Shown: positions 10,692 to 21,618 of the stretch, in pieces
Numbering within the stretch: the first letter of the stretch is position 1
Layout: each line of letters opens with the position of its first letter
Assembly (NCBI GenBank): GCA_017502465.1
Contig: JAFVUY010000119.1
Coordinates: 31,583 to 95,582, forward strand
Direction of reading: 5' to 3'
DNA from: Bacilli bacterium
GTDB taxonomy: Bacteria > Bacillota_I > Bacilli_A > RFN20 > CAG-826
DNA: 64,000 nucleotides
Notes under the pieces: model-generated
Database searches by the model: none
Seen by the model: the letters and a program-made list of their open reading frames with translations, nothing else
What the model was told of the DNA's origin: nothing
Made by a program: the position numbers and the translations under genes

Positions 10692-10730
10692 ATAACCCAA
10701 GACTATTTAAAATAGTCTTGGGTTAAAAAA
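10692..10730 (-). terminator. Terminator hairpin after the lysis genes
   Basis: aacccaagactatttaaaatagtcttgggtt with a flanking A/T run. Confidence 0.5.
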
Positions 10731-11030
10731 TTATCCAACAGGTTCATCAGAATTAGAAGTAAGTCACTTCATAACTGTTTCATATTTAATACCGCCTTCG
10801 GTATTTTCTTTTTTAGATTTTTCATAGTAGAAAGCCTAACTAACGCCATATGCGGCCCAGGGGAATCCGGCCATTACAGCAAGCCAGGGCAATTCCCCAA
10901 AATATTGACAAAACACACAAAAATATGCTAAAATTAACATAGCAATAGTGTTTATCCAAATTAAAATAGATTCCTAGACAAGAAGTTGTTTAGAGAATTC
11001 CAATTTGTCTTTTTTCTTTCTTCTTTTCAT
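10731..11030 (-). CDS. Putative holin or small membrane protein (~99 aa), 3 in-frame TAG
   Basis: MKRRKKKDKLEFSKQLLV-TAG-ESILIWINTIAMLILAYFCVFCQYFGELPWLAVMAGFPWAAYGVS-TAG-AFYYEK..: a basic N-terminus and two TM helices. Its start overlaps the endolysin stop (ATGA). Confidence 0.5.
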
Positions 11031-12447
11031 CAAACCTACTCCGTATATGCGAGATTAATCCATCCACGAGGATTTTCAATTTCGCCCCATTCGCCATCAC
11101 TATCAATAATTTTATGAATAGAATTTTTATAAACAATTCCAATAATAGGGTACGCACGACCCGCACCTAAACGCACATTTAGTCCATTAGCAGTCACTCT
11201 GACATTCGCATCTTTTTGCTATTGGATATTATCAATTTTTTGAATTGAAGCAACAGCCTTATCAATAGCAGTTAAAGTCACTGGGCCAGCAATACCATCC
11301 ACTTTTAAATCTTCGTTCTATTGGAATTTTTTAACAGCATTTACAGTAGCATTACCATAATCGCCATCAGCACCCCATATACCAAGATCGTAACCTAACG
11401 CAATTAAATCTTCTTGAAGTTCTTTTACTTCTGCTCCATTAGACCCATAGCGTAAAATTGTAACAGGGGTAGTATTTTCAGTTGTTGGAACCATAGGGGC
11501 ATTTCCACCAAAAGTAGAACGAGGAGATTGCTCATGTCCATACCAAAAAGCTTTATAATTTCTTGTATCAATATGAACAAAATTTTCTCCATTTTTTTCA
11601 TATAAGCCAATACCTTTAATGCCCATTGTTTCCGCTTTTCTTGCCACATCTACTGCTGGAACTGGTTCTTCTACAAACTAAATATCTGCGGCTTCACCAG
11701 TTGAGTGTTTAGAACCACGGGCTCCGCCAACAGCAGCATTATGGGAAGGACATCTGTATCCACTATTAATATTTATTGGTTTATCAAAATAATCTCTTAA
11801 TTCTTGTAAATAATCAACTAATTTAAGGTCAATTTTTACAGTAGAACATTTTCCACATTTACATTCAAATTCACGAGAGTTAAAATTTTTACTTAACTAA
11901 ACATTTTCTCCGCGAGTATATGTCTAAATTCCCATTGGTTTTTCAACTCCTTTCGCATATTTATTATAAAATTTCTAACTATATGATAATCTAATTGCTG
12001 ACTGCGCAGATGCATTAGCAGGATTTTCAAATTTATAAAGAACAGCATCTGATGCCTCTTGGAGAGAAGATGCATTTAATAAAACTTTATAAACGGAATT
12101 AGTATAGTTATTTTTTAATTCATTAACTAAAAATTTTAATTGAGTATCTAAATTTCCAATTGAAGTATTTAAATTTTTAGCAAAATTGTATAAATTTCTT
12201 TTGCGGGTGTGATAGGTCCATTGGGCTAATCCATAGCCCGCACAATCATTGATAAAATTATCATATGAACCATCATCTACTGCTTTGGTATATTCTTTAT
12301 CTGAATATCCTAATTTAGTATTATAAATATTTTCTAAATTCTCTGGCTATAAACCAGATTCTGCATATAAATTACCCATTAAACCAGCAACACCATAATC
12401 ATTAAAACCCGCTGATTTTAGATAATTCCAAATATATTTTTCCATTT
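11030..12447 (-). CDS. Multi-domain endolysin (~472 aa): lysozyme-like N-terminus, M15-type L-Ala-D-Glu/DD-peptidase, PG_binding_1 and SH3b; 6 in-frame TAG
   Basis: One continuous minus-strand frame from the ATG at 12447 (RBS GGAGGGAG). It reads MEKYIWNYLKSAGFNDYGVAGLMGNLYAESGL-TAG-..., then ..SGYRCPSHNAAVGGARGSKHSTGEAADI-TAG-.. (peptidase M15 motif), then ..FVHIDTRNY.., then VKELQEDLIALGYDLGIWGADGDYGNATVNAVKKFQ (PG-binding), then -TAG-..NGLNVRLGAGRAYPIIGIVYK...GEWGEIENPRGWINLAYT (SH3b). The ORF track shows only fragments (11318..11647). Confidence 0.7.
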
Positions 12448-12494
12448 TATCTCCTCCCTTTTGAGATAAAAAAAGTAAGCCAGAAAAATCTGGC

Positions 12495-13739
12495 TTACAT
12501 ATATTCTGCTATTTGAGCAATTTTTGAACGATGAATATTTTTTAATTCAATTTCACCATATATGTCGCTGCCTCTAAATACCTTAGAAACTCGCTTCATA
12601 CCATTGTTTTCCCCCGCAAACTCTACTAAATCCACCTGAGTTTTGTCATCACCATCAATAATACAAATACTATCTTCCCCAATGCGTTGTAGGGCAAGTT
12701 TCATTAATGTAATATCAAGGTTTTGCGCCTCGGAGATATAAATACCCGCTCTCATTCCAGTTGTATCATATCCTCTAATATCAGACATAGGTAGTAAGAT
12801 TAATTTTTCATCATTAATCATTTGTTCTACTGCAATTCTTCCACCAAATTTACTACTTAATAAATTACCGATTTGTGAGTCTAGTAATTTTTCATCGCGA
12901 GTACCAGGATAAAATCCTAATTTAGCAGAGTTTTTAGTTGCGACTGTATTACAGAATACAATGATTTTATCAATTTCTCCTTTTTCAAGTCGGTTTAATA
13001 AGAAACTTAAAGATAAAAATGTTTTTCCTGAACCGGCTGGGCCTTTCAGCATAGTGATTTTATTATTTACTAAACTGTCTGCCGCAAGAGATTGATAAAT
13101 ATCATTTTTTAATGGTTTAACTTTACCAAACCATTTAGAACTGAAATCAGAGTAACTTAAATAACGATAGCCATCCCCAGTCCAACAGAGTCTATCAAGA
13201 GGGTTTCCCGCAGTATCACAGATAACAATATATTCATTAATCATTAAGTCAAACATATTGAAGTTTTGACGACTATAAAAGTCTGCCATCTATTGGTCAT
13301 TAAGATTTACAATTTTATATCCACAATAACCATCATCTTCAATTTTTACTGATTCAATACTATCATTTCCAAAGAATAGATTAGCAATATTATATAAGGC
13401 TAAATCATTAGTTACAAAAATGGTATCATCAGGACATATTAACATATCATAATCAATAGCGCATGATAGAATTTTTAAATCATTATTAAAAGTCTCAAAT
13501 CCTTTTTCTTTAATAGGACCAAGCATATAATCTCTAAAAATCCATACATCATAATTATCTGTATTATCTGCGAGTTGAGATAATAATCTTCTTGCTTTAT
13601 ATTTAGTTTCAGGGTCTTTATGAGCAGAAGTTTTAATTCCCTCTAATTCTTCTAATGTAATAGAAGAAATAATAAATTTGCCTTCACTAAATAAATCATC
13701 TACTTTTAACAGTAGGCTACAAGTGTCATAAAATTTCAT
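12495..13739 (-). CDS. phoH: PhoH2-type protein: N-terminal PIN domain fused to a PhoH-like ATPase through an in-frame TAG
   Basis: ORF 13290..13739 (PIN-like) ends at TAG (plus-strand cta at 13290-13292). The next codon is the ATG of ORF 12495..13289 (Walker A LKGPAGSGKTF, PhoH family). The frame is continuous if TAG is a sense codon. Confidence 0.7.
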
Positions 13740-13984
13740 TCTTCTTCCTCCTCACTGTTTGCCGCAAAGCCAATAGTTCTTGTAGTTGGAGTATTTTGTA
13801 AAACTTTTTCAGTTTCTGCTTTTATTTTAGTAATTTCAAGACTTTGTTTTGAAACTACAATTTTAAAATATCCAACAATAATTTGAAAACCCTGCACAAT
13901 AACAGTTGCGATTTCTTCTAGTAGGGGAGAGACTATTGAAACGAAAATCATTCCAGCAATAAAGTAATTGAGTATAAGTCTCAC
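13736..13984 (-). CDS. Small membrane protein (82 aa)
   Basis: One hydrophobic helix. Confidence 0.4.
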   Translation of the reverse strand: MRLILNYFIAGMIFVSIVSPLLEEIATVIVQGFQIIVGYFKIVVSKQSLEITKIKAETEKVLQNTPTTRTIGFAANSEEEEE

Positions 13985-14022
13985 ATCCTCTCATAAAGAT
14001 ACTAATTTTTTAAATAGACTAA

Positions 14023-14463
14023 TTATTTTGAATTGGCCTTCTGGCGTCTTTCACGTATTTGTCTATAATAAGCATCTTTTTGAGTAAGATAGAGTTTCAA
14101 CCCTACACGTTCCTCGGCTAGCATTTCTTTAATTGTAGTTAAGTCATTTTTATATCTTTGAATCTGTCTGCGTAACATATAATTTTCATAGGTATTTTGA
14201 TTATAATGTTTACTATGGAACATACAACCCTGTAAATGCTCCAAGGCTGTCAGTGCAGGCTTAATTTCATTATCTCTAATATGACAAAGCACTTCAATCT
14301 TTGCTCTACGATAAGCAATTTCTTCACCCGTTCTGCGACTTTTCATATCTTCATCATCTGGATGGCACTCAGCAGAACCATAAAATAAATTACCTTTATA
14401 TTCAATTTCACATACAGTAGTTCCAAGATTTTCAATCCACTCAAATTTAGGTTCTTTATTCAT
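14023..14463 (-). CDS. Hypothetical protein (146 aa)
   Basis: Intact ORF; no recognisable motif. Confidence 0.45.
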   Translation of the reverse strand: MNKEPKFEWIENLGTTVCEIEYKGNLFYGSAECHPDDEDMKSRRTGEEIAYRRAKIEVLCHIRDNEIKPALTALEHLQGCMFHSKHYNQNTYENYMLRRQIQRYKNDLTTIKEMLAEERVGLKLYLTQKDAYYRQIRERRQKANSK

Positions 14464-14629
14464 AAAATAAACTCCTTTAATATATTATAATAATATTATA
14501 CCATAAAAATTATGAAAAATCAAATCTGGACAATTTTGGATAAAAAATACCCTATGCGATTTTTTGCCAAATTACGGCCGAGAGCGGGAACAAAAAAGAA
14601 AAAAGGCAAGGAAAATCCTCGCCTTTTAA

Positions 14630-15886
14630 TTAGATTTGAATATCGGTTACAGTAACAGTTTGTTCAACTGCAATTAATCTTTTAATGGTTTCTTCTAAAG
14701 AAGGAACCCGAATCATATTTAAGGATTCAGTAATTTCTTCATTTCCAATTACACCAGAGATATATTTACCAGAAATAAAATCAGATTTTTCAACACCATT
14801 GGAGGTGCCAGAAGCCAGCTTATTGACTTGACCACCCATAATATTAAGAATGGATTTGCCGTAAATACCAGTTACAGAAGCGTCTTCGGTTTCACCGCCA
14901 CCATATAGTCTTTCAATTAAACCACCATTGACAGTAATAATAGAAGAGCCAATAGAACCACGGTTTACACTTTGAACTACTGTAAATTTACCGCCATTAA
15001 TAACAACTTTTACAGCCCCGGTAGTACCATTAGAACCGCCTGCGGTAACCCATTTAATATCTCCTCCGTTGATTTCAATATCAGCAGACCCTAGTCTGCC
15101 CATGCCAGTTGCGCAACCTCCATATAAAGTCAATGCTTCACCGCCATTTACAACAACAGAACTATATCCAACAATATTGCCAGTAATATCATCATTGATA
15201 TGATTATTAGAACCGCCTGCTCCAATACCTTCGGAAATTTTTCCACCATTAAAAACAATAGAAGCAGAGCCAACATTACATCCACCTAAGCCACCGCCAA
15301 CAAGACTTTTAACTTTGCCACTATTCATTACAATAGAAGAACCTGCGTAGGAGCAAGGCTTTTTGCTTCCATCACCGCCGCCAAAAATTCTTGTATTATA
15401 AGGAACATGAATTTCCTCACGAGTATTAGCATCTAAATCATAAATGACAGTATTATCAGTGCCACTATCTTCAATAATAACGCCTACGCCATTACAATAT
15501 AAATTACCTTTTGATGCATCATAAACAGGTTTTAAAGGTTTCATGCCTAATAAATCTTCTATGATTTCATCTTTATCAGCATCAGTCCAGTAGTCAACAC
15601 CTTTCACGGGAGAATAGCCTGCTTCACCTTTTTCGCCAGGAATACCTTGTTCACCCTAGTCTCCTTTTTCACCCTTTTCGCCGGGTACACCCGTTCCTCC
15701 GCCGAGTGTGGAATCAAGTTTCCAATTGCCGTTTTTATCAATTTTATGCACTTCACCATTAGAAAGAATTAAAACAGTAGAACCTTCTGCTACTACTGGT
15801 AGTTCTGCAAAATCTTCTTTTGTATCGCAAAGGTATCTTTTTACAATACCATAGTCTAAGTCACCAGAAGAAATAATATTAATCAT
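14630..15886 (-). CDS. Collagen-like (Gly-X-Y) repeat protein with a C-terminal beta-helix (~418 aa); one in-frame TAG
   Basis: ORF 15656..15886 ends ..GVPGEKGEKGD-TAG-GEQGIPGEKGEAGYSPVKGVDYW.. and runs into ORF 14630..15607. Downstream are repeated xNGG motifs (VNGGEALTLYGG, INGGDIKWVTAGG, VINGGKFTVV) typical of a right-handed beta-helix. Confidence 0.6.
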
Positions 15887-15954
15887 AAAAAAACCCCTTT
15901 CTTTGATTTTTCTCTAAAGATATATCAAAGAAAGGGGATATAAATTATTTAATT

Positions 15955-17490
15955 TTAACCATTATTTTCGCTATTTACAGCGATCTTTGCTCCAAACAGG
16001 CTGGACAGCAGAGCCTTCATATCAATGCCCATGCCCTGTGCCATACCTTCGGAAATCTGAGTGGTAGTATCAATGATGTTGCCTGCCAGCTGGCCGGAGT
16101 CTCCACCATACATATACATCTTGTCAATGCCCTTGTAGCCTTCGCCAACAGCCTGTGCGATTGCGGGCAACTGTTCAAAGTACTTGCCGATGACCTGCAT
16201 CTGCATATCTGCCATTGCGGCTTCGCCGTACTGCTTCATTGCTTCTGCCTTCTTCATCAGACCTTCTGCTTCTGCTTCGGCCTTTGCTCGGATAGCTTCT
16301 GCTTCTGCCAGACCCTTGGCCTTTTCAGCCGCTGCGATTGCTTCGCCTTCTGCCTGAATTGCTTCGGCCAGAGCCTTCTGTGCTTCTGCGTCAGCCTTTG
16401 CCTTTGCTAGTTCTGCAGCCGCGTTCTTTTCAACTTCAATCTTCTTTGCTTCTGCCTGTCGTTCACGTTCAAACAGTTCTGCTTCCGCAGCCTTCTGTTT
16501 TGCATACAGCTTGGCATCAGCATTCTGCTGTTCTGCATACTTCTGAGCGTCCGCAGTCTTCTTGATTTCTGCTTCCAGCTTACGTTCAGTAATAGCAACT
16601 TCACGTTCCTTCAGCTCAATTTCCTTTTCCTGACGGGCCAGATTTGCATTTGCGACAGCAATTTCGTGCTGCTTACGCTGATTTTCAGCCTCAATCTTCT
16701 TTGCAGCATCAGCCTTTGCCTGTTCGGTATCAGCCTTTGCCTGCAATTCAGCCTTACGGATTTTCAGAGCAGTCTGCTTTTCAGCAATTTCAGTCATTGC
16801 CTTTACTTCTGCGTCCGCAGCCTTCTGGTCTGCTTCTGCCTTTGCAATAGCAACTTCTGCCAGAGTGTTTGCCGCAGCAATCTGAGCATCCTTCTTAATC
16901 TTTTCGGTATTTTCAATACCCAGGTCCTGGATTACACCATTCTTGTCAGAGAAGTTCTGAATGTTAAAAGTGGTCAGGTCAATACCCAAATCAGCCAGGT
17001 TAGGAGTTACGTTTTCCATAACCAGTTCAGAGAAAGCCTTCTTGTCGCCACGAATCAGGTCTTCAAAATTGGTCTGAGAAATAATTTCACGGATATTACC
17101 TTCCAGAACAGGAATTACAGTATCACGAATCTGTGCGATAGTATAGCCTGCGAACTTGCTTGCCGCAATCTTCTGACGAATGGGGTCAGTAGAAATAGAC
17201 ATATTAGCAACAGCATCTACCAGAATGTGAATTGCGTCCTTAGTAGGAATTTCATTTCGGCTTGTAAAGTCAACCTGAATATTTTCCAGGGTCATATACT
17301 GAACCTTTTGGATAATAGGAATTACAAACAAACCGCCGCCAGTCTTGGTACGAACCTCGCCCAGACCAGACACAATCAGCACTTCATTAGTGCCTGCGAC
17401 CTTCCAGCAGGATTTAATTACAATAATCGCTGCCAGTACAACCAGGGCGACAACCGCCACAACGCTCAGAATAGAAAATACGATTTCCAA
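15955..17490 (-). CDS. SPFH/Band-7 (flotillin-like) protein with a long Ala/Glu/Lys-rich coiled coil
   Basis: 511 aa. N-terminal TM helix, SPFH core (..VLIVSGLGEVRTKTGGGLFVIPIIQKVQYMTLENIQVDF..), then a roughly 250-aa AEAK-rich coiled coil. GC-rich; no TAG. Confidence 0.8.
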   Translation of the reverse strand: MEIVFSILSVVAVVALVVLAAIIVIKSCWKVAGTNEVLIVSGLGEVRTKTGGGLFVIPIIQKVQYMTLENIQVDFTSRNEIPTKDAIHILVDAVANMSISTDPIRQKIAASKFAGYTIAQIRDTVIPVLEGNIREIISQTNFEDLIRGDKKAFSELVMENVTPNLADLGIDLTTFNIQNFSDKNGVIQDLGIENTEKIKKDAQIAAANTLAEVAIAKAEADQKAADAEVKAMTEIAEKQTALKIRKAELQAKADTEQAKADAAKKIEAENQRKQHEIAVANANLARQEKEIELKEREVAITERKLEAEIKKTADAQKYAEQQNADAKLYAKQKAAEAELFERERQAEAKKIEVEKNAAAELAKAKADAEAQKALAEAIQAEGEAIAAAEKAKGLAEAEAIRAKAEAEAEGLMKKAEAMKQYGEAAMADMQMQVIGKYFEQLPAIAQAVGEGYKGIDKMYMYGGDSGQLAGNIIDTTTQISEGMAQGMGIDMKALLSSLFGAKIAVNSENNG

Positions 17491-17537
17491 TTTACTTTTG
17501 CTCCTTTTTCAATTTTCAAAGTTCAAATTTTTATTTA

Positions 17538-18164
17538 TTATATAAACGGATAGGTAGGATTTTCTGCCTTTTTCCATTCAATATACTTATGAAGTTCTTC
17601 TTTCATTTCTTCAATAATGTCGTCCAGTAGAACTGGATAACAATTATGAGAATCTACACCAACATGATACATTAGAGGGTTAAAATTTTCAAACCCAGGC
17701 ATCATATCATAAAAATTTTCAAACTGATGGGTATGCCCGAACAGATTTAAAGTGTTTTCTCGTAGATGCTCCTTTGTTGGCCCATTGTCTGTTACACAGG
17801 GAAAATGGGAAAGGAAAAAATTATACTTTTTATATTTCAAGTATTTAGCATCACAAAGTTCTACAATATTGGGTTGCTGTGCGTATAGTTTCATACGGGC
17901 ATCAGTGTCATGATTCCCACGAATTAGATGAATGCGTCCCCGCAGTCGCTGAATATATTTGATGTTAGATTGCTCACCCATCATAAAATCGCCCAGCACA
18001 TAAACATCATCATCCTCTTGGACTTTACTATTCCATCGTTCAACAATGGCTTCATTCATTTCTTCAACAGAGTCAAATTCTCTTGTTCCCCAAATGAAAT
18101 CTTTATCATGTCCAAAATGACAATCGCTAGTTAGCCAAATCAAAGGCATCATTCTCCTTTCCAA
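17538..18164 (-). CDS. Calcineurin-like metallophosphoesterase (1 of 3)
   Basis: WLTSDCHFGHD.. GDFMMGEQ.. RGNHD.. GHTH: the metallophosphatase motifs. Confidence 0.8.
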   Translation of the reverse strand: MERRMMPLIWLTSDCHFGHDKDFIWGTREFDSVEEMNEAIVERWNSKVQEDDDVYVLGDFMMGEQSNIKYIQRLRGRIHLIRGNHDTDARMKLYAQQPNIVELCDAKYLKYKKYNFFLSHFPCVTDNGPTKEHLRENTLNLFGHTHQFENFYDMMPGFENFNPLMYHVGVDSHNCYPVLLDDIIEEMKEELHKYIEWKKAENPTYPFI

Positions 18165-18640
18165 TAGTTAATAGTCAATTGACCAGAATATTCATAAGGA
18201 TCTGTATCAATAGGACTAGTTTTGTTAGAATACATCTGTTTAATTACATCATCAGGAACCAGTGCCCTGCCAGAACGCATTGCGTTTCTTTCAAGACACA
18301 GGCTCAAAGGTGTATCAAAATATACAGGAATAACTTTTACATTTTCCGCAATCTTCAATGCTCGCATAGTTTTCATGCGAGAGGCAGTATTAATATGAGT
18401 AGCATCTGCATACACAATTTCAATACCTTCGTCCAAAGCCTTTTGGATTTCATTTACGAAAGTGCGAAATACCTTTTTCTCATATTTAAAATAATCGTCG
18501 CCATCTTTCAACATTGCGAAACGAATTTCGTCGCGAGAAATATGTCTTGCGGAATCAAACTGGGTTGCATTAGATTTTACCCAGGTTGTCTTGCCCGAGC
18601 CCGCGGGCCCGCAGATAAGATATAGAGTCTGCTGCTTCAT
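18149..18640 (-). CDS. P-loop kinase (AAA_33 / polynucleotide-kinase-like)
   Basis: Walker A LICGPAGSGKTTW. It overlaps the downstream phosphoesterase gene by 16 nt, which suggests a kinase plus phosphatase pair of the Pnkp type. Confidence 0.55.
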   Translation of the reverse strand: MKQQTLYLICGPAGSGKTTWVKSNATQFDSARHISRDEIRFAMLKDGDDYFKYEKKVFRTFVNEIQKALDEGIEIVYADATHINTASRMKTMRALKIAENVKVIPVYFDTPLSLCLERNAMRSGRALVPDDVIKQMYSNKTSPIDTDPYEYSGQLTINYWKGE

Positions 18641-18869
18641 CCTTATACACCCCATTTTCAAAATTTTCCTTAAATTCAATTACATCATCATAGGTTTTAC
18701 ATTCAACATGATTAACTTCCTGCTGACACCAGGGACACCAGAGAGCCTTGCGGTGATTCTTCGCGTGAAGATGACCTCTATTGCGAGCAATCGGCAAACC
18801 TTCTCTACCACAATTCATACAGTAAAAACTATGACTGTAAAGATGTGTTTTTCTTTTCATCTTTATCAC
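18570..18869 (-). CDS. Small zinc-ribbon protein (99 aa)
   Basis: CMNCG..CPWC motifs. The consensus promoter and RBS AAGGTGA lie immediately upstream. Confidence 0.35.
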   Translation of the reverse strand: MIKMKRKTHLYSHSFYCMNCGREGLPIARNRGHLHAKNHRKALWCPWCQQEVNHVECKTYDDVIEFKENFENGVYKDEAADSISYLRARGLGQDNLGKI

Positions 18870-18905
18870 CTTATATAAATATTATAACATATTTTTTATA
18901 AAAAA
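18862..18905 (-). promoter_or_regulatory. Conserved phage promoter copy
   Basis: TTGATTTTTTATAAAAAATATGTTATAATATTTATATAAGGTGATAAAG ATG on the minus strand. Confidence 0.6.
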
Positions 18906-19622
18906 TCAATAAATAATTTCTTCGTCCAGTGTATCAAGATTAAGCAGAACAGTGTAATCGTTCCATACTGCTCCAACATCAAGATTTACTTTGTGATTGC
19001 CGCAGTACCAAAAAGCACCAGGTTCATCTTCTTTATATCCGTAGGCTTCCAATACAATTTCGTCCATTAGACCTATTGGTGTATGGCCGTGAACAATAAT
19101 AACATTATTAAAGTTTTCATTCCAAGTAGGCCAATTGTCATAAAAATGGTCTCTATTCCATAGGAAATCTACCTCGCCTCTATTTTCTAGACCAATACCT
19201 GGGGTAAAGCCCGCATGGGTCAAAACAAATTCAAGATTCAATACTTCGCTGCAATAAACATCAATTTTTGGGAGGTTGCGAATATAATTAATCCAACTTG
19301 TAAAATTTGGTTCTTTAATCATATCATTAAATGTATCTCGTCCGCCATTGCGTTCAAGGTCTCTACGATTGACAGAACCATCTCGCAGGCCTATATATTC
19401 TTCACCTGCTTTTACAAGCATATCTTCATGGTTGCCTTTTAGGTAAATAAACTGCGGGTCATTACAAATTGCTTTAATAGTTTCCCAAGACTGCGGGCCC
19501 CGGTCTCCCGCATCACCAAGGAAAAAGACTGCGTCATCGGGCTTAATAAAAGCCTTAATTTTTTCATACAAGTCATACCGGCCGTGAAGGTCGGCACACG
19601 CATATACTGCTATATTTATCAA
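18906..19622 (-). CDS. Ser/Thr phosphatase-like metallophosphoesterase (2 of 3; lambda-PPase/ApaH-like)
   Basis: CADLHGRYD.. GDAGDRGPQ.. GNHE.. GHTP motifs. Confidence 0.8.
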   Translation of the reverse strand: MINIAVYACADLHGRYDLYEKIKAFIKPDDAVFFLGDAGDRGPQSWETIKAICNDPQFIYLKGNHEDMLVKAGEEYIGLRDGSVNRRDLERNGGRDTFNDMIKEPNFTSWINYIRNLPKIDVYCSEVLNLEFVLTHAGFTPGIGLENRGEVDFLWNRDHFYDNWPTWNENFNNVIIVHGHTPIGLMDEIVLEAYGYKEDEPGAFWYCGNHKVNLDVGAVWNDYTVLLNLDTLDEEIIY

Positions 19623-19884
19623 ATCCTTTCTACGAGAGAATCAATCATACCAGTTAATTCATCATACTTAACCATAAGATTAGTAGCGTTAAGATAACCA
19701 CCATCGTGGAAATAAATTTCTTCCAAAATAAGAGCAATATAAAGTTTTAATTCTTGATAATCATAAGATTTAAAACCTCTTATGAATTCTTCGGCACTTT
19801 CTGGTGTATCAAATTCCAAAACACAATCATCATAACAAAGAGGTTCGTGGTGTATGTCAAAAATATAGAATTTACTTTCTTTCA
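19619..19884 (-). CDS. Hypothetical protein
   Basis: Start MKMKESKFYIFD. preceded by RBS AAGGAGG. Confidence 0.4.
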
Positions 19885-20090
19885 TTTTCATCCTCCTTAT
19901 TAACGGGAACAACATCAATATAACCATCTTTGTAAAGTCGGTACATTGCTTCTTCCATCGCCTGTTCAAAGTGAACAGATGTTGCTTTAAAAATCCAACC
20001 AATAGAAAAACCAGTTAGAATATAAGTAATATTGTCCATTCCTGCGCGAGCGCAGATAATCGCTACGGCAACTGCCATCAAAAGCGTCAT
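19872..20090 (-). CDS. Small membrane protein (72 aa)
   Basis: Intact ORF. Confidence 0.35.
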   Translation of the reverse strand: MTLLMAVAVAIICARAGMDNITYILTGFSIGWIFKATSVHFEQAMEEAMYRLYKDGYIDVVPVNKEDENERK

Positions 20091-20094
20091 AATA

Positions 20095-20340
20095 TCAAAC
20101 TCCTCTCTTTTTTCTTTCTTTGCGAAGCATTTTGCTTTCCTGTTTATTGGGAATATGTTCGCGAGTTGCTAAGACAGATTTAATTGTCGTTTGATATTCT
20201 TTTAACTTATTCCACTGATCGTCTTCCCAAAACCATTCACCCCAAGAACGAGTGTCGTTTAAATGATTAAGCAATTGACGAGTTTTTAATTGATTAAGTT
20301 CTTCTATTGTCATATATTCACAAATCATTTCATATTTCAT
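20095..20340 (-). CDS. Hypothetical protein (81 aa)
   Basis: Intact ORF. Confidence 0.35.
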   Translation of the reverse strand: MKYEMICEYMTIEELNQLKTRQLLNHLNDTRSWGEWFWEDDQWNKLKEYQTTIKSVLATREHIPNKQESKMLRKERKKRGV

Positions 20341-20518
20341 CTTTATATTCCTTTTCTATTTGAATTGTAATACAGTCTATGGCTATATTTTTATCATATG
20401 TAATAAAGGTGGAAGTAGCATTAATATGAGAATCAAAAGATATACGATAAGGAATTTCACACTCCATCAATACTTTCTCTAATTTTTCCCATTCTTTTTC
20501 TGTAATAAAATGTTTCAT
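20330..20518 (-). CDS. Hypothetical protein (62 aa)
   Basis: Intact ORF following the promoter at 20532-20578. Confidence 0.35.
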   Translation of the reverse strand: MKHFITEKEWEKLEKVLMECEIPYRISFDSHINATSTFITYDKNIAIDCITIQIEKEYKDEI

Positions 20519-20607
20519 AATATATCACTCCTTAACCTTATATAAATATTATAACATATTTTTTAATAAAAATCAAAAAAGGACTATTTTCATAGTCCTT
20601 TTAAAAA

Positions 20608-20995
20608 TTATTTAATTAAATAGCCAAGTTTATCCAGAAGAGCCGTACCACCAACAATTTCGGGACAAATAATACATAAAGCAATATTTTTAGCAAAAAA
20701 GAACAATCCAATACCAATGCCAATCCATAAGCCAATTTTTAAGAATTTAAGCAGGTTTTTTCCCTCTAATCCATCATCAGTTAAGAACCAGACAAAAGCA
20801 GTAATAAAAAGACTAATAAGAATAGCAACAGGAATATACCATATATTGTTAATTGTATTATACCAAGCAAAAATTGTTAAAAATTCTGGCATATTGTTCA
20901 TCACTGCGGTAGTAGTTGTGCCGAAAAAACTGGCAAGTTGCTGAACTACCGAAGCCAGCACCTATTCCAAAGTAGGAGTAATCATAGTTTCCATT
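20608..20995 (-). CDS. Membrane protein (~129 aa), one in-frame TAG
   Basis: METMITPTLE-TAG-VLASVVQQLASFFG.. then three hydrophobic helices. RBS AAGGTGA. Confidence 0.45.
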
Positions 20996-21158
20996 TATTT
21001 CACCTTATAATAATTATTTTTTAATATTTCAACTGCGATACAAGCAGTTCTCCAATTATCATTGGTTGGATTTTGAGAGTCTGCTAATTCCCAAACTTCT
21101 TTGGGAATTAGCAGTTTTAAATCCCGCACACAACGACATCTTTCCTTATAAGCATCGC

Positions 21159-21614
21159 TCATAGCATCTTACCAATCAGGCCCTGCGCAATCTTCATATC
21201 ACATCTATTTTGCTTCAAAATAGGCATTACAGTTTTCATAATTTGACCTTTATTTTTTGCAATCATTTCAATTCCACTGTTGGAACAAATATCAATGATT
21301 AACTTTTCAATTTCAGCAGGGTCGTTCATAATTTGAGGAGCATACTGCTTCACAATTTCCATGCGTGCCTTATATTCATCAAGGCGAGTTGCATATGCTT
21401 CGGTATTAGGACAGGTGTCAATCATTTCCTGAACGGTTTTCTGATACTTAATCAAAGCATTTTCCGCCATCTGGTCAGTGATTTCTACACGAGTTTTGCC
21501 AGCGGTTGCTCCTTTTTCAATGGAGGCAACCATATCTGCCAGAACCATTCTGGCAAATTTGTCATTATTTTTCAAAGCGTCATTCATATCACGCTTAATA
21601 TTTTCATAAATCAT
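21159..21614 (-). CDS. GatB/YqeY-domain protein
   Basis: MIYENIKRDMNDALKNNDKFARMVLADMVASIEK.. fits the YqeY pattern. RBS GGAGG lies 8 nt upstream of the ATG at 21614. Confidence 0.55.
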   Translation of the reverse strand: MIYENIKRDMNDALKNNDKFARMVLADMVASIEKGATAGKTRVEITDQMAENALIKYQKTVQEMIDTCPNTEAYATRLDEYKARMEIVKQYAPQIMNDPAEIEKLIIDICSNSGIEMIAKNKGQIMKTVMPILKQNRCDMKIAQGLIGKML

Positions 21615-21618
21615 TTGA

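Noticed and set aside
16338-17553. Several plus-strand ORFs (for example 16666..17553, 295 aa) rich in L/S/Q/P
   Set aside because: Antisense of the AEAK coiled-coil repeat of the flotillin-like gene; low-complexity artefacts.
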